From Heptranchias perlo (Eukaryota): DNA of 64,000 nucleotides. Numbering within the stretch: position 1 is the stretch's first letter; every line of letters starts with the position of its first letter. Of the stretch, positions 1 to 11,910 are shown one piece after another. Location: NCBI RefSeq assembly GCF_035084215.1, contig NC_090359.1:16492001-16556000 (forward strand), written 5' to 3'. The translations under genes and the position numbers were made by a program. Under the pieces are notes generated by a model, which had not been told where the DNA came from, did not search any database, and saw only the letters and a list, made by a program, of their open reading frames with translations.

Positions 1-200
1 GTTTCCTGACCCTCAACACATTCCATATAAGTCCCTCCAAGGTTTGCCTGTCCGACCTCTGCAAACGCCTCCATCTCCATGTCCCACACTCTTTGATCCT
101 CCAACACTGGCCTTCTGTGCATTCACTCATTCCTCGGTTCCCCTTCTGCGGCAGTGCCTCCAGCTAACCCGGCTTTACTCTCTGTTAATCCCTTCTGAGT
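1..200 (+). mobile_element. Degraded L2/CR1-type LINE 3' fragment
   Basis: The motif tcctccaacactggccttctgtgcat...ggcagtgcctccagct resembles the common chondrichthyan L2-type 3' region. Recognised from memory only. Confidence 0.35.
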
Positions 201-325
201 GACTGAAACTTCATCTACTCCTGTGAAATTCCTCCATCGACTATTCTAACTGAGTCATTGGCCTGATTTTTAAAAAAAGACTTAACGCCTGTTTTGAAAC
301 ATCAACAGACCTTCTGTGCCTGAAT

Positions 326-810
326 GATTCCGTGTTTCATGTCCACAAGGAGTGTGAGAGGTTGCAGCCCCTGTTCCACTATTTAAAGGGGCTGCTCCAC
401 AACTTCTGGCTGCGCTTCAGTCCCACGCTCCTCATCTTTGGCCACCGGGTGAGGAGGAGGGCGGGTCAGTCGGAGGATCTCCTCGTGGGCCTGTCCAAGG
501 TGGCCATCCACAGGTCCAGGTTAGACGGGGCCCGTGGGGGCGGTCGCTCCAACTGTCGGCCTCTCTTCCGCGGAATTCTCCGTGCCTGGGTGGCCCTGGA
601 GATGGAGCACGCGGTGTCTGCCGGTACGCTTGGGGCTTTCCGCGACCGGGGGGCACCGCAGGGGCTGGAGTGCATCCTGGACCAAAATAATAAAATTTAA
701 ATTTGACACTTATTTTGGGTTGTTTGGTTTTTCTGCACATGAACACACCCTAAACCCCGCTTCTTATAAAAGGGGGGCCTAAAAACACAAAAAAACTCAA
801 AAAAAATCAA
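326..810 (+). mobile_element. 5'-truncated Tx1 (L1-clade) LINE 3' fragment
   Basis: ORF 332..700 matches the C-terminus of the Tx1 ORF2 at 46470..47852 (...ALEMEHAVSAGTL...QGLECILD). It is followed by the family 3'UTR hairpin ccccgcttcttataaaaggggggcc and an A-rich tail at 781-810. Confidence 0.9.
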
Positions 811-1406
811 GCGTCATTCTGACTGCACTTCCAGTCGACACTTCAGAACCGAGCTGAGTGGAGGTCTGAGCAGAGCAAAACGACAGCCCTTGCCTGCCTC
901 CTGAATCTGGGAGAAGGCAGAAAAAAAAACCATCAGTGATTCCCAGACTATTGAGGACCAACAGCTGTTAAAATATCACAGACACGGAGTTACAGGAATG
1001 TTTTAAGGGGGCCCAGAAATAGTTAAAAGAGAGAATTAACCCCACAGATGCTGTCGGCGGGGCTCGATTATCAGTCCGGTCCGGTGGAAACTAATATCCA
1101 GTCGCTAATTCACAGCCCTTCCTCCGGACAATTACATTTCGGGTCAGACTCCCTGAGGATGTGTTTAAAAAAATGATCTGAATACAGGAACATGTTTTGA
1201 TAATGTTACTGTCTGTTGCTTTTGCTCATTTTTTGTCGGCTGCTGTAAAATTAAATTTTGATCTAACTTTTGAGAAGAAATGTGTTTAAAGGAGATATCG
1301 ATGGCCCTGATGCTGAGTCCCTTTGGTAAATTGAGGTGATAATTGTGATCTGGAATTGAGTTGTGATGTTGGGAAGTCAGTTCCAGCTTCACTTCAGCCG
1401 TTTTCC

Positions 1407-3777
1407 TCATTTGACCAATTTACCAATTAGAGTAAACGGATATTTAATCACATTGAGCAGCTCCTCTCTGAACTTACTCTGGGTCACTGTGTAAATGACC
1501 GTGTTCGTGCAGGAACTCAGAAGCTGAAGCAGAATTCCCGCTTGTTCGAAGGTTGCAAAAGGGTTAAACAAAGATCGGCGGTTAAAGACACCTGAAATTC
1601 GATAATATAAAAAATATACGACCGTTGTCATCCAGAGCAGGATAAAACTGCCGGATATGGCAAAAAGTAAAACGATGGACCTTCTGCGGTTCTTCATCTC
1701 AGGGTCCTTGTCATTCTCACCATTGCTGAGGTCCCGGAGGCTCCTTCGGGCCCGACTGGCCACTAAAATGCGTCTGACGGTGAGAGCATTAAACAATAAA
1801 ATCAAACAGAATGGAAGCAACGGGGTTAACAGCTGTTCAATCCAAGAAAATGCGATCCATGTGGGTAGAATATAAAACTGTGATGATACAAGGCAACCCC
1901 ACGGTATATTGTTAACAGTATGGTAATGAACATACACGAAGGGCCGGGGAATATTCTTTAAACCGAACAGCGCGCTCAAAGTCACGATAATCACAAGTGA
2001 AGTTTTCTCGGTGCAATATTTTGTTTTCAGCTTCTGACAACTAATGGCTACAAAACGATCAAAGGTAAAAGCGACCGTTAACCAAACAGAACTGTCTGTG
2101 GCAGTAGGAGCCAGGAAGAGAATGAATCTGCAAACAGGAGTGTAGAGCAGGAAAGTGTCCCCCCAATAAAGATGAGCAATCCGATATAAGATCACATTAC
2201 AGGCAATCACCAGGAGATCCGCCGTCGCCATGGCCACCAGGTAGCGAGTGATACATTTGGAGAGACCGCACTTTCCACGGGACAGGATCACAATCGCCAG
2301 CAAGTTCACTGAGAGAAAGAGAGAAACAGAAACAGTGAAATCACTAACCGGGCTGATCAATGAGCTCTCAGTTTAACCGATGTACATGGGCTATGATTGT
2401 GTTTATTTATTGGTTTTTCCCCTTGGCTTCTGTCTCCTGTTCCGAAGGAGCAGCTCATTCTGGGAAGTTCCTTTCGGGTGACGGTCGCCCCGGGATCCCT
2501 CACCCGACAGCTGAGTCCTCACTTGTGATCCTTGAGATTAAGTTTATTTTGTCGATTCCGACACTGGGAGGTCCGCGGGGCAGGACGTCACCAACTATGA
2601 AAGTGAAAGGCGACAAGACGAGTTAAATCAGGAAGTACAGACAAGGTGACTCTGGATTTGGTTTAAATCGTAATACGGGGGAAAAACCTAATGCCTTGAC
2701 CCACACAATACCAGAGACTTTGATTTTAGAAAATACATTGAAAACACGAGCCTGGTATTGAGTTGCTGCCCGTCATCTTTCAGTAATTAATTAGATGAGG
2801 TTTCCAGTGGAGTATTGTGAATGCATCATGACACAATATGTCAAGGAATTTAATTCTGTAACGTGCTCCAGTTATAACCAGGTCCAGTCTTTATATCTCA
2901 GCACAAGGCGTGAGAAAAACAAAGGACAGTCGGATCCTCGGAATAAGAGATCGATCCCAGGAGCCGCGCGGAATAAGAACAAATCACCGCCAACTCTCAC
3001 TCATGGTCTCCAGTTCATCCCCCTCCCGAACCAGTGTCAAGACTGGTTTCCCCACTCTCCACAATAACACACATGGACTGAAGTATACAGTCATCGTCAT
3101 TCAACTAGTCCAAACAATACTTTAAACATCAAATACATCAAAAGTCCTGTGAAGCCATTTTGCTGAAATATAATTATGATCTGAGGGGAACATTTGACGG
3201 GAACACAAGATTGCACCTTCGAGTGAGGAGGACAGTTTCTGTCACATGTTTTATTTATCTGATGCGTATTCCGTTTGTTCCCTGTCTTTCTATCCTGAAG
3301 ACACTGACTCATGCCGGGATACACAGCCGCAATCTGCTCTCCGGAACCCCAGGCGATCGGTCCTCGGGAAACACGACAATCTCACCCGGTCCTTCCTCAC
3401 CCGATCTCCACAACAGGCGCGCTTTCCACCAGGAGGCAGTGGATTACACTCAGGACTGTGCGCCCTGCCTGTTTTACCCCTGCCTGGCCAGGGAGCACCA
3501 AGGACACATTTAGACCCCAGACTCGACAGTTCAGCACAGAGCGAGGGTGAGTTACTCGGTGCATTGACCAATGGGACAAGGATGGAAGTTTTAACTGTAT
3601 CCCAAAACGGTGAAGAATAACATTCTACATTTACCAGGCTCAGAGCACAAACAGCAATATAGTTAAACATTCTGTTACTTACACCGTACGTGCTGATAAT
3701 GACTTACCAGGCACCCCAATTGCTGCCAGAACTGGGTAATAAACGAATTCTATCTGCGTAAATGGAGACAAATGCAT
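1407..3777 (-). CDS. GPR139-like: GPR139-like class A orphan GPCR, 2 exons (3708-3777; 1407-2308), 323 aa, intact
   Basis: Exon 1 MHLSPFTQIEFVYYPVLAAIGVP ends at a gtaagt donor (3707). A polypyrimidine-cag acceptor at 2309 joins it in frame to VNLLAIVILSRGKCGLSKCITRYLVAMATADLL. The protein has seven hydrophobic segments, a FDRFVAI (DRY-like) motif and an NTVIY (NPxxY-like) motif. Stop at 1407. Confidence 0.9.
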
Positions 3778-3831
3778 TTCTGTGTGGAGACGATGTCTTT
3801 CGGTGCTGTGAAGAGGTTTGCGAACTGCGAT

Positions 3832-3922
3832 AGTCACCTGAGGAAGGAGGAAGCCTCCGAAAGCTTGTGAATTTAATATAAAATTGCTGGACTATAACTT
3901 GGTGTTGTAAAATTGTTTACAA
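3832..3922 (+). mobile_element. Penelope-like element terminal fragment carrying a minimal type I hammerhead ribozyme (3834-3870)
   Basis: tcac-CTGAGGA-a-ggagg(aag)cctcc-GAAA-gc-TT-gtga gives the hammerhead core, stem II, a palindromic aagctt stem III and a tcac/gtga stem I. It is followed by the ggactataacttggtgttgtaa tail typical of this shark repeat. Confidence 0.65.
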
Positions 3923-4194
3923 AGCTCTGCATTGTGGGAGATTTGGCCGCCATGACGGGCCGGTCACCGAGTTCATCCAATCACAGGTGAAGCTTCCCGG
4001 ATTGGTGGAACCGACAGAGTGCAGGTGGTCTGTGGAGCGAGAGAATCTCTGAGAAGAGGGGCAGCCAATTGGGGAAATCACAGGAGGTGGTGACCCGTCA
4101 TAAACCCAATCGGTGAATGACGGATTGAACCAAGGAAAGGAATGAAGAAACTCCACTGGGACCTGTGGGAACAGGCGGACAAATAAATTTAACC

Positions 4195-4830
4195 CGTGTC
4201 CAGTTCAGGTCACCACATTACAGGAAAGATGGGATTGGACCAGAGAGGGTCCAGAGGAGATTTACAAGGATGGTCCAGGACTGGAGAATTTTAGCTGTGA
4301 GGAAGGATTGGATCCGCTGGAGTTGTTTTCATTGAAACAGAGGATGCTGATGGGGGATTTAATTGAGGTGTATAAAATTATTGGGGGCCACGCGGACTGC
4401 GTCACTTCAAGGCGGCAACTCACCCCCACCTTCTCAAAGGCAAATGGGATGGGCAATAAATGCTGCCCTTGCCAGTAACACCCACATCCCATGAACAAAT
4501 AAAAAAAGAATATGAAGTTCCGATATCCCTTAGCAGAGAGGCCAATAACCAGGGGGCATATATTTCAAATAATTGGAAGAATTCGAGGGGATCTGGGGAT
4601 AATTTTATTCACCCAGAGGGTGGTGTGGGTTTGAACCTGACTCGCTGAAAGGGTGGTAGAGGCAGAAACCAACATCGCTTTTTATAAGTACTTGGATGCG
4701 CACTTGAAGTCCCGTCACCTGCAAGGCTGCGGACCAAGACCAAGAGTGCGATTAGGCTGGATAGCTTTTTCAGCTGGCACAGACAATGGGCCGAATAGCC
4801 TCCTTCTGTGCTGTAAATTTCTATGATTCT
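4195..4830 (+). mobile_element. Degraded CR1 LINE 3' fragment with a nested short LINE/SINE 3' tail (about 4395-4510)
   Basis: Resembles the RT C-terminus and 3'UTR of the CR1 at 18900-19430 (cacattacaggaaagatg...gagagggtccagaggagatt). The nested piece cttctcaaggcaaatgggatgggcaataaatgct...cccacatcccatgaacaaataaaaaaa ends in an A-tail. Confidence 0.7.
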
Positions 4831-5859
4831 ACAACCCCTACGTTCAAATGTAACATGGCAAAAGATACATGTCTACGGTTCAAAAAAATATCTTTATAGG
4901 GAGGGGACAATGTAGAGTTCTGCCCGAAAATGTTGTTCACACAGACTCCATGAATTATTTTAAATGGGAATAATAGTGGAGGCACCTTGGAACAGAGGAA
5001 CATTAAATTGGATGAGGGGGCGAGAGGAAAGTCACCTGTTTCTGTCCTGTAAGATCCTAAGCTTCATTGAGAATGAATTCATGAAGCATTTCTACATGGT
5101 ATTTTGTTGCAACATTTTAAAAATACCCCAAAGTAGTTCTCCTGGTGTCCTGGCCAGTATATCCAGTTTGTAAAGCCTCCCTGAAATGTTTACATGTAAA
5201 TCAGACAACAGTCAGAAGAGGGTAGGATGGCCCTACACTACACTACAATGTATTGTCATCTATTGGGTTTAATGTTTCCTAACATTATTTATCAATAGTG
5301 TGAGGAAGCTCAGAGTGAAAGTGAGGAGGGGCCGTCTGACTGCAGTTTCCACTGGAAGAAAAATCACCTTGTGTGTAGTAAGCAGAAATGAATTGCTATT
5401 GTTAAAAGTTCCCACTAACTTATTGTGATTCTACTGCAACAGAACGAGCCTGGATCTCCTGCTATGTTTAAACACTAAACTTCAGTGATTATAGCTGAAG
5501 TAAAATATTACTATGATTTGATTTAAATGGAGGAATGGTTTCCACCTGCCAAAGAATGTTGTCTGAAGCGAGGGTGTTTACTGCTAACAGCTCCCATCCT
5601 GTTTAATAGACCCCCTGAATGTCTGATTTACCAAAAAGAAAAACCCAGCTCAGTAAAGATAAACAAATATGCTCTTATTAAATCTGAAGAACATTTTATG
5701 AACAAATTTCAGTATTTCAAAGGCAAGGTTGTCCCAGACATGGATTGTACCCAATTCACTGTAAAGTTATAAAGACACAGCCAGTTTAACGACCAGGGGA
5801 CAGAACCTCGAAGTTCGAATTAGGACTTTCAGGAATGAAGTTAAGAGACACTTCTGCAC

Positions 5860-6075
5860 GCAAAGATTGGGAGATGTTAGGAACACTCTTCCACAAATGG
5901 CAGTTGATGCTAGCTCAATTGTTAAATCTATTATCTCAGGTTAAAATTTTGTTAATCAAAAAGGTAAGGGATATGACTAAGGCAGGTATATGGAGTTATG
6001 TCACAGATCAACCATGATCTCATTGAATGGTGGACCAGGCGAGAGGGGCTAAATGGCCAACTCCTGTTCCTATTG
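5860..6075 (+). mobile_element. CR1-type LINE 3' end fragment
   Basis: cagatcaaccatgatctcattgaatggtgg...aggggctaaatggccaactcctgttcctat, similar to the CR1 3' end at 32950-33030. Confidence 0.6.
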
Positions 6076-6875
6076 CCACCCCTCAAATATAGTGAATGAT
6101 AAACAATAACGTAATCTGAAAAATAGGACTAAGTACTTACAATACAATCCTGAGGGCCTGCCGTGAGGGGAAGCTGAGGATAACGAAACTTCAGTCTGTG
6201 CTCACGAGAAGACAGGTGAAATTAAAATCCAACAGAGGTAAATCACAACCGCTGGGCTCCCCGTCCCTCGCACTCTGTGCCTGTACCCAATGAGCACAAC
6301 ATTGCCCCCTGTGAACATTAATCTTTACACTGGGCATTGGAAATTTACTTGGAGCCCCAGCCCAACAAAACAAAGATCTTCACACCAGGGGCAGAGATCT
6401 TCAATCTTGGAAGAGAGTTCAAGTCCACCCACTTTCAATCCTATTGGTGTTTGGACAATTAGCTCCAAATGGGAAAGTTTCGGAGTTTGGAGCCCATGTG
6501 CGGATTCGAGTGATCAATGGCCACAGAGCACCAAGGGAATGATTGGGCCGTCAACCACCCGGCACCAGTACTTCAGGCCAGTCCCACTGTCCCTTCAGAG
6601 CTCATTGACCTGCACAATGAGGGCCTGGCAAGCCTTCACCCATTGCTGCAGCCATCCCTGGACTGGGCCTGGATACACTATTACCAGCCATTCTGCCACT
6701 AGTGACATGGACCCATTTCAACCCATTTCACTAACAGGAGGAACTGACGGAGGAGTGCAGTGTGTTACTAACACGGTATTGAGCACTCATTGTGTCGTTG
6801 ACTGGAGACAGTGAGAAATGAGCAACCAGCCATGAGAAGATACAAGTGGTCACTGCTTTATTGGTCATTTGATAA

Positions 6876-9728
6876 CTAGATAAACTGGGTTTGCTTGTGT
6901 TTCCTGTTCAGGAACAAGGCAATCCAAGAAGCAGAGATCAGAGAGACAGCGCTCACAGTCAGGGCCAAGATCAGGACCACCTCAGACGCCACACCTATAA
7001 AGCAACAAGAAACCAATGGTTAGTGAAGGAAATACTGAGGGGAAAATGGAAACTAGCAGTCGGCCAACTCACCACCTGGAGACCTCTCCTGCATCCTTTG
7101 CTCAACATCATTAAGGGGCTCAGTTGCCAGGTCTGTCACATGAGGATCCAGAATGACCAAGGGTCCAAGTGAGGCCTCACCCTCCCACTTCAACTCAGCA
7201 TCACTCTCTGCAATATCAAACATTCCAGTTAGAGAGTAAAGGGTGACCTCCAACAATCAAGAGGATCAATGTCCTACCAGGTCCAGATACAAGATCCCTC
7301 CTTCCTCTGGAATCAACGAGGAAATCCCTTGTGGCACTGCAGTTGCCCAGATGACAACAGGCACACACGTCATTGGTCGATTCTTCCAATGGGGTCCAGC
7401 TCAACCAGAGAATCAGTTTATCAACCAGGTTGTCCATCACCCTTTAATCAACACATCCCTGAACGAGAGAGGGAACTTACATATTCTGGAAAGTACAAGC
7501 CTTGTTCATGGAATCTCTCCGATCCACTGCAGCAACTTTCAGGTGACAGGTGATGAAAATCTGAGGGACACATTCAATACAAGTTGTTATTTCGTGACCT
7601 CCTCCCAACATGGGGAACCCAATGTTTGGCTTCCTCTTACCAAGGAACGGTCATCTCCAAAGAAGCGGAACGCATCCAGATCAAACTGGAGTTTGTCCAG
7701 CTCACGTTCACCTCTTGGCAACACAAAGGTTGAAAAGGAGTCCTCAGCTTTGCTGTCCAGGAGGCAACTGAAGAAAGATTTAAAAAGGGACAAAGTGAAT
7801 TAAGTGAACCGATTGAGACAGAACCAGCTGGAGAAAGCAGAGAGCTCCTTACCCATGGGAGTCAATGATGTTGTATCTTGGGGTGGAATCCTTGTCTGGG
7901 CTCAATGTAGCTGCACAGCTGTCAATGTAGAGCTTCAAGGGCATGTGGTTGGTCATTGAAACAGAGGCCTCAATGTGAATGAGGCCACCCAGGTAGTAGA
8001 CAGTCAAGGTGCGCTCTGTAAGCCAGTCATCTGAAGTACAAGAGGAAAAGGGTTGGAGACAGTGGGTGTAACTCCCAGTGGGAGACGACAGAAAAGCACT
8101 CCCCATCCACCCATCACATACCGTTCATAAGACGCAGTGAGAATGACAGAAGCCCTTCTCCAGACTTGGTCGAGCTGAATGGGATCCAGGTGGGCTTGAT
8201 AGGGTCACTGCTCACATTGCCCTTCCTGAAAGGACAGTACAGTAATTTCAGGACAACTTCACAGAACTGCACCTGCTGTGGACCTTATTTGCAATAGAGT
8301 AAAGATTCTTACCTAAAATAGTGGCACTCAATGGGAATGACTGCTCCATTAGTTCTCACAATAACAGATCCACGAGCATTTGGGGTGTGGTTCAGGTGGG
8401 TGGTGTCGACCAGGAAATCGCCAGCCATCTGAAAGACATCAGGTTAAGGAATGAAGAGCTGGTCTCATTGAACAAAAGCTATTTCTGGTCATTTTCCTAC
8501 CCTGTTAAGCAGCAGTTTAAGGGGTTTCAGCTGCTCCTCAATGACACATGATTGAAGTAGCTCCACCATTGGTAGAAGTTGCCTGGAGCAGCCTCTGTTC
8601 CTCTGCTCAGTCCACCTTCTTTTCCAGGGGACTTCAGGCCTGCAGTCAGAAACCCCTGAAATGATTGGCACTGCCAGATTTGATGAGCATTCTTTCCCAT
8701 ATAGATTAGAGCTTTCACCTAAAGGGGCTCAAGTTACCCCTGATATGGAGCACAAAACACAACATCACATTTAAATCTCATCTGTGTCCGTGGAATCAAT
8801 CGTATTGGCAGGTGTAACAACCAAAAGTGGAGTTCCCCTTCAATACAGTGTATCCCAATTATTGTTCCACTTGTTTCATCTTTCAAGGGAAGTCTCAACA
8901 GGAACTTCCACACTGAACATTCATTGACCACAAGTTGAGGCAACAGGCCTGAATATCCACAGGAAGGAAAGGAAAAGATAAATCAATTGAGGCACAAAAG
9001 AACAGAGTGGTTTGGAGAAATGCAGGTGAAGGTTCAAGGTCAATAGAATTGAATCTCTGAGTTAGAGAGTAGCAATGACCCATTTAAGAAAGATGCAGTC
9101 CCTCAGTGACAAGTTGAAGTTCTTTTTAAATATAAAGCGAAGATTGACATGTCAACATAAAGAAGTAGTTTCACACAGGGTGATACTTCACAGTGGGCAA
9201 AAATTTATACACAGATTTCATTCAGGGATCTCCTCAGTGGCTGGAGTTTCACCTGATGTTAATGAGTTCAGAGTGGGCAGTAATCTACACAGTGAAATTG
9301 GAGCAAGAGTTGAGGAATCACATTACCTGCAATCTGCTGCCACATTCATGGAGCCCATAGTCAAAGAGGACAGTGTGGTTCTGAGAGTAGATCCCAGTTG
9401 GCCGATAACCTGCTGTCTCCAGGGTCAGGTCAGCAGCTTTAATCAGGTGCCTGGTTCTAAATAAATCCATGTCTCCCCTCACCAGCAGGTTCTGCTCTCC
9501 ACACTGCACCATCACAGTCTGCAGTGGAGACAGACTTCTCCCCTCAGACACACTGAAATGGGAACCAAAGGGAGGGACAGGGAGAGGGACTCTCTGGGGC
9601 ACAGGGGTGGGTTTTACTCTTCTCCATGGAAATCTCTGCCCTCTAAACTGTTGCCAAATATCAGAGCAACAAACCACTCCAACTAACACCAGCACTGGGA
9701 ACAAACCTCTCACTACAAAATCCCCCAT
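6876..9728 (-). CDS. zp3: Zona pellucida sperm-binding protein 3 (ZP3/ZPC)-like, 9 exons, 460 aa open frame; possibly decaying
   Basis: Exons 9327-9728, 8313-8428, 8122-8225, 7853-8030, 7641-7767, 7481-7560, 7278-7399, 7073-7207 and 6876-6994 are all GT-AG and in frame (1383 nt). The protein has a signal peptide, ZP-N (VQCGE...LHECGS...IPIECHY), the IHP/PTWIPF linker, ZP-C ([32 protein letters not shown]), furin site RGRR, EHP (ASLGPLVIL) and a TM helix. AATAAA at 6857-6862. Confidence 0.92.
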
Positions 9729-9745
9729 GATACCAAATAACTCAA

Positions 9746-9842
9746 CTATCACTTTACCCACCAACCAGCACCTTTTTTTTTTCTCTTTTTTTTTTTCCTT
9801 TTTTTCTTTTTCTTTTATCACTTTAACCACCAACCAGCACCC
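9746..9842 (-). repeat. About 26-bp direct duplication of the ZP3 5'UTR flanking a pure A-rich tract
   Basis: tatcactttacccaccaaccagcacc (9747-9772) and tatcactttaaccaccaaccagcacc (9817-9842) are separated only by a T-rich tract (A-rich on the minus strand). Confidence 0.85.
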
Positions 9843-10165
9843 TTTTTTTCCCTTTTTTTTTGTGTTTTTTAGGCCCCCCTTTTACAAGAAGCGGGGGGGT
9901 GTAGGGTGTGCTTAAGTACTAAAAACCAAATAAAACGAAACCAGGCATCAAATTAAAATTTTATTTTCCTCGTCCAGGATGCACTCCAGCCCCTGCAGTG
10001 CCCACCGGTCGCGGAAAGCCTCAAGCGTACCGGCAGACACCGCGTGCTCCATCTCCAGGGCCACCCGGGCGAGGAGCAACCCGCGAAAGAGAGGCAGACA
10101 AGCCGAGCGCCCGCCCCCACGGACCGCGAGCATCCTGGACCTGTGGATATCCAGGATGCACTCCA
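9843..10165 (-). mobile_element. Tx1 3' fragment inserted at the ZP3 TATA position
   Basis: ORF 9948..10133 is the Tx1 ORF2 C-terminus (...ECILDEENKILI). The 3'UTR hairpin and A-tail abut the ZP3 5'UTR. Confidence 0.9.
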
Positions 10166-10179
10166 GTTTCGTCTAGTTT

Positions 10180-11459
10180 TCTGGTGGGTCAGTGGCGGGT
10201 GGACTCCCTGCCGGAGGAGCTCAGGCCTTTCGCCTGGAGTACCACGCACCTCCGGTACCTGGGAGTCTACCTCGGCCCGGCCGAGGAAGCCTGGCCGGCG
10301 AACTGGGAAGAGCTGGAGGCCAAGGTCGCCGCTCGCCTGGCGCGCTGGACAGGACTGCTCCGAGTGTTATCCTACAGGGGTCGAGTGCTGGTCATAAACC
10401 AGCTGGTGGCCGCCATGTTGTGGTACAGGTTGGTCACTTTGACCCCACCCCCCGAATTTGTCGCCAAGATTCAGAGGAAGTTCGTCGACTTCTTCTGGGC
10501 CAGAGGGATACACTGGGTCGCTGCCGCGGTCCTGAGTCTCCCGCTTAGGGAGGGCGGTCAGGGGCTGGTGTGCGTCCGCACCCAGGTGGCAACTTTCCGC
10601 CTTCGGACGCTGCGGTGATACCTGTACGTTGAGCGTCCTCTTAGATGGCGTGCGCTGGCGACGTATTTTTTCCGCCAGCTGCACGGCCTGAACTCCGACA
10701 CGCAGCTCCTGTTCGTCTCGCTGCTGGGCGGCCGCATGTCTTCCTCGCCCTCGTCTCTCGGCCGGACACGCCCTGGCGTACCATCCTGCCGTCCGGCGGA
10801 GACGGGGGTTCCCAGTGGGGTGCTCTCTACTCAGGGATCCTCCCGTGTTCCATCGGGGATCTGGGGTGGAGGGTGGCGTACGGAGCAGTCGCGTGCAACC
10901 GGCGGTTACGCCATTTCACGGACACCCAGGCCGCTTGTGATTTCTGCGGCCTGGAGGAGTCCGTGTTCCATCTGTACACTGGGTGTGCGAGACTGCAGCC
11001 CCTGTTTGATTATTTGAAGGGGCTGCTCCTCAAGTTCTGGCTGCATTTCAATCCCACGCTCCTGATCTTTGGCCGCCCGGTGAGGAGGGGAGCGGGCAGG
11101 TAGGTGGACGTCCTCGTGGGCCTGCTCCTGGGCCTGTCCAAGGTGGCCATCCACAGGTCTAGGATGATCGTGGTCCGTGGGGGCGGTCGCTCGGCCTGTC
11201 TGCCTCTCTTCCGCGGAATGCTCCGCGCCCGGGTGGCCCTGGAGATGGAGCACGCGGTGTCTGCCGGTACGCTCGAGGCTTTCCGCGACCGGTGGGCACC
11301 ACAGGGGCTGGAGTGTATCCTGGACGAGGAGAATAAAATTTTAATTTGAACACTTGGTTTTGGTTTGTTTGGTTTTAGTATTTAAGCACACCCCACACCC
11401 CCCTCTTATAAAAGGGGGGCCTAACAAAATAAAAAAAAAGAAAAAAGGAAAAAAAAAAA
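10180..11459 (+). mobile_element. 5'-truncated, internally deleted Tx1 (head-to-head with the previous fragment)
   Basis: ORFs 9998..10618, 10645..11103 and 11104..11349 match Tx1 ORF2 (LVGQWRVDSL...; CDFCGLEESVFH; ENKILI). About 540 bp are missing at 10742 relative to 46700-47240, with premature stops. A-tail at 11425-11459. Confidence 0.92.
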
Positions 11460-11910
11460 TCTGAAAGTGAAAAAAAAAATCTGAAAGTTTCTCTTTGTTT
11501 CAATCTCTTGGAATCATAACTTTGAATTATTTGATAATAATTTGATATTTTCACTGAAGTGGCTTTTCATAATCTGGTCAAGTTTATTACTTGTTAGTGA
11601 TTGTGATGTTGAGACAATATTCAAAGCAATCAAGTTGTCTTGAGTGAATTTGCAAACCATCCATTGGTCAGAGAAATGGAAATTCCATCCCATGGATGGT
11701 GTGAATCGTCCCCAGTTCTAATATAGAGAATGGGTGTGTCTGAGGATTGGCAGCATGGGGGCATCAACTGGGCAAAGCATTGTGGGATGCATCATTTTTA
11801 GTTTTGATTCTCATGAAATGTTGTTTGGTAAAATTCAGGATATTCAGCGAGAATGAGAGGCAGTGAAGATTACTGAATGCAATGTCACCCACACAAACAT
11901 CTCCATTTGT

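Noticed and set aside
2309-2360. N-terminus MISPVSDFTVSVSLFLS of the 317-aa ORF
   Set aside because: It is intronic polypyrimidine tract. The real N-terminus is in exon 1 at 3708-3777.
6290-7803. Plus-strand ORFs 6290..6814 and 7243..7803 as novel genes
   Set aside because: No recognisable motifs. The second is antisense to ZP3 exons and crosses introns.
9729-9833. Lys/Glu-rich N-terminal extension of the ZP3 ORF
   Set aside because: It is a translation of a retrotransposon A-tract. The signal peptide starts at ATG 9728.
9843-11459. Twin-priming inversion of a single Tx1 insertion
   Set aside because: Both fragments have their own 3'UTR and poly(A) and differ in sequence, so they derive from two elements.
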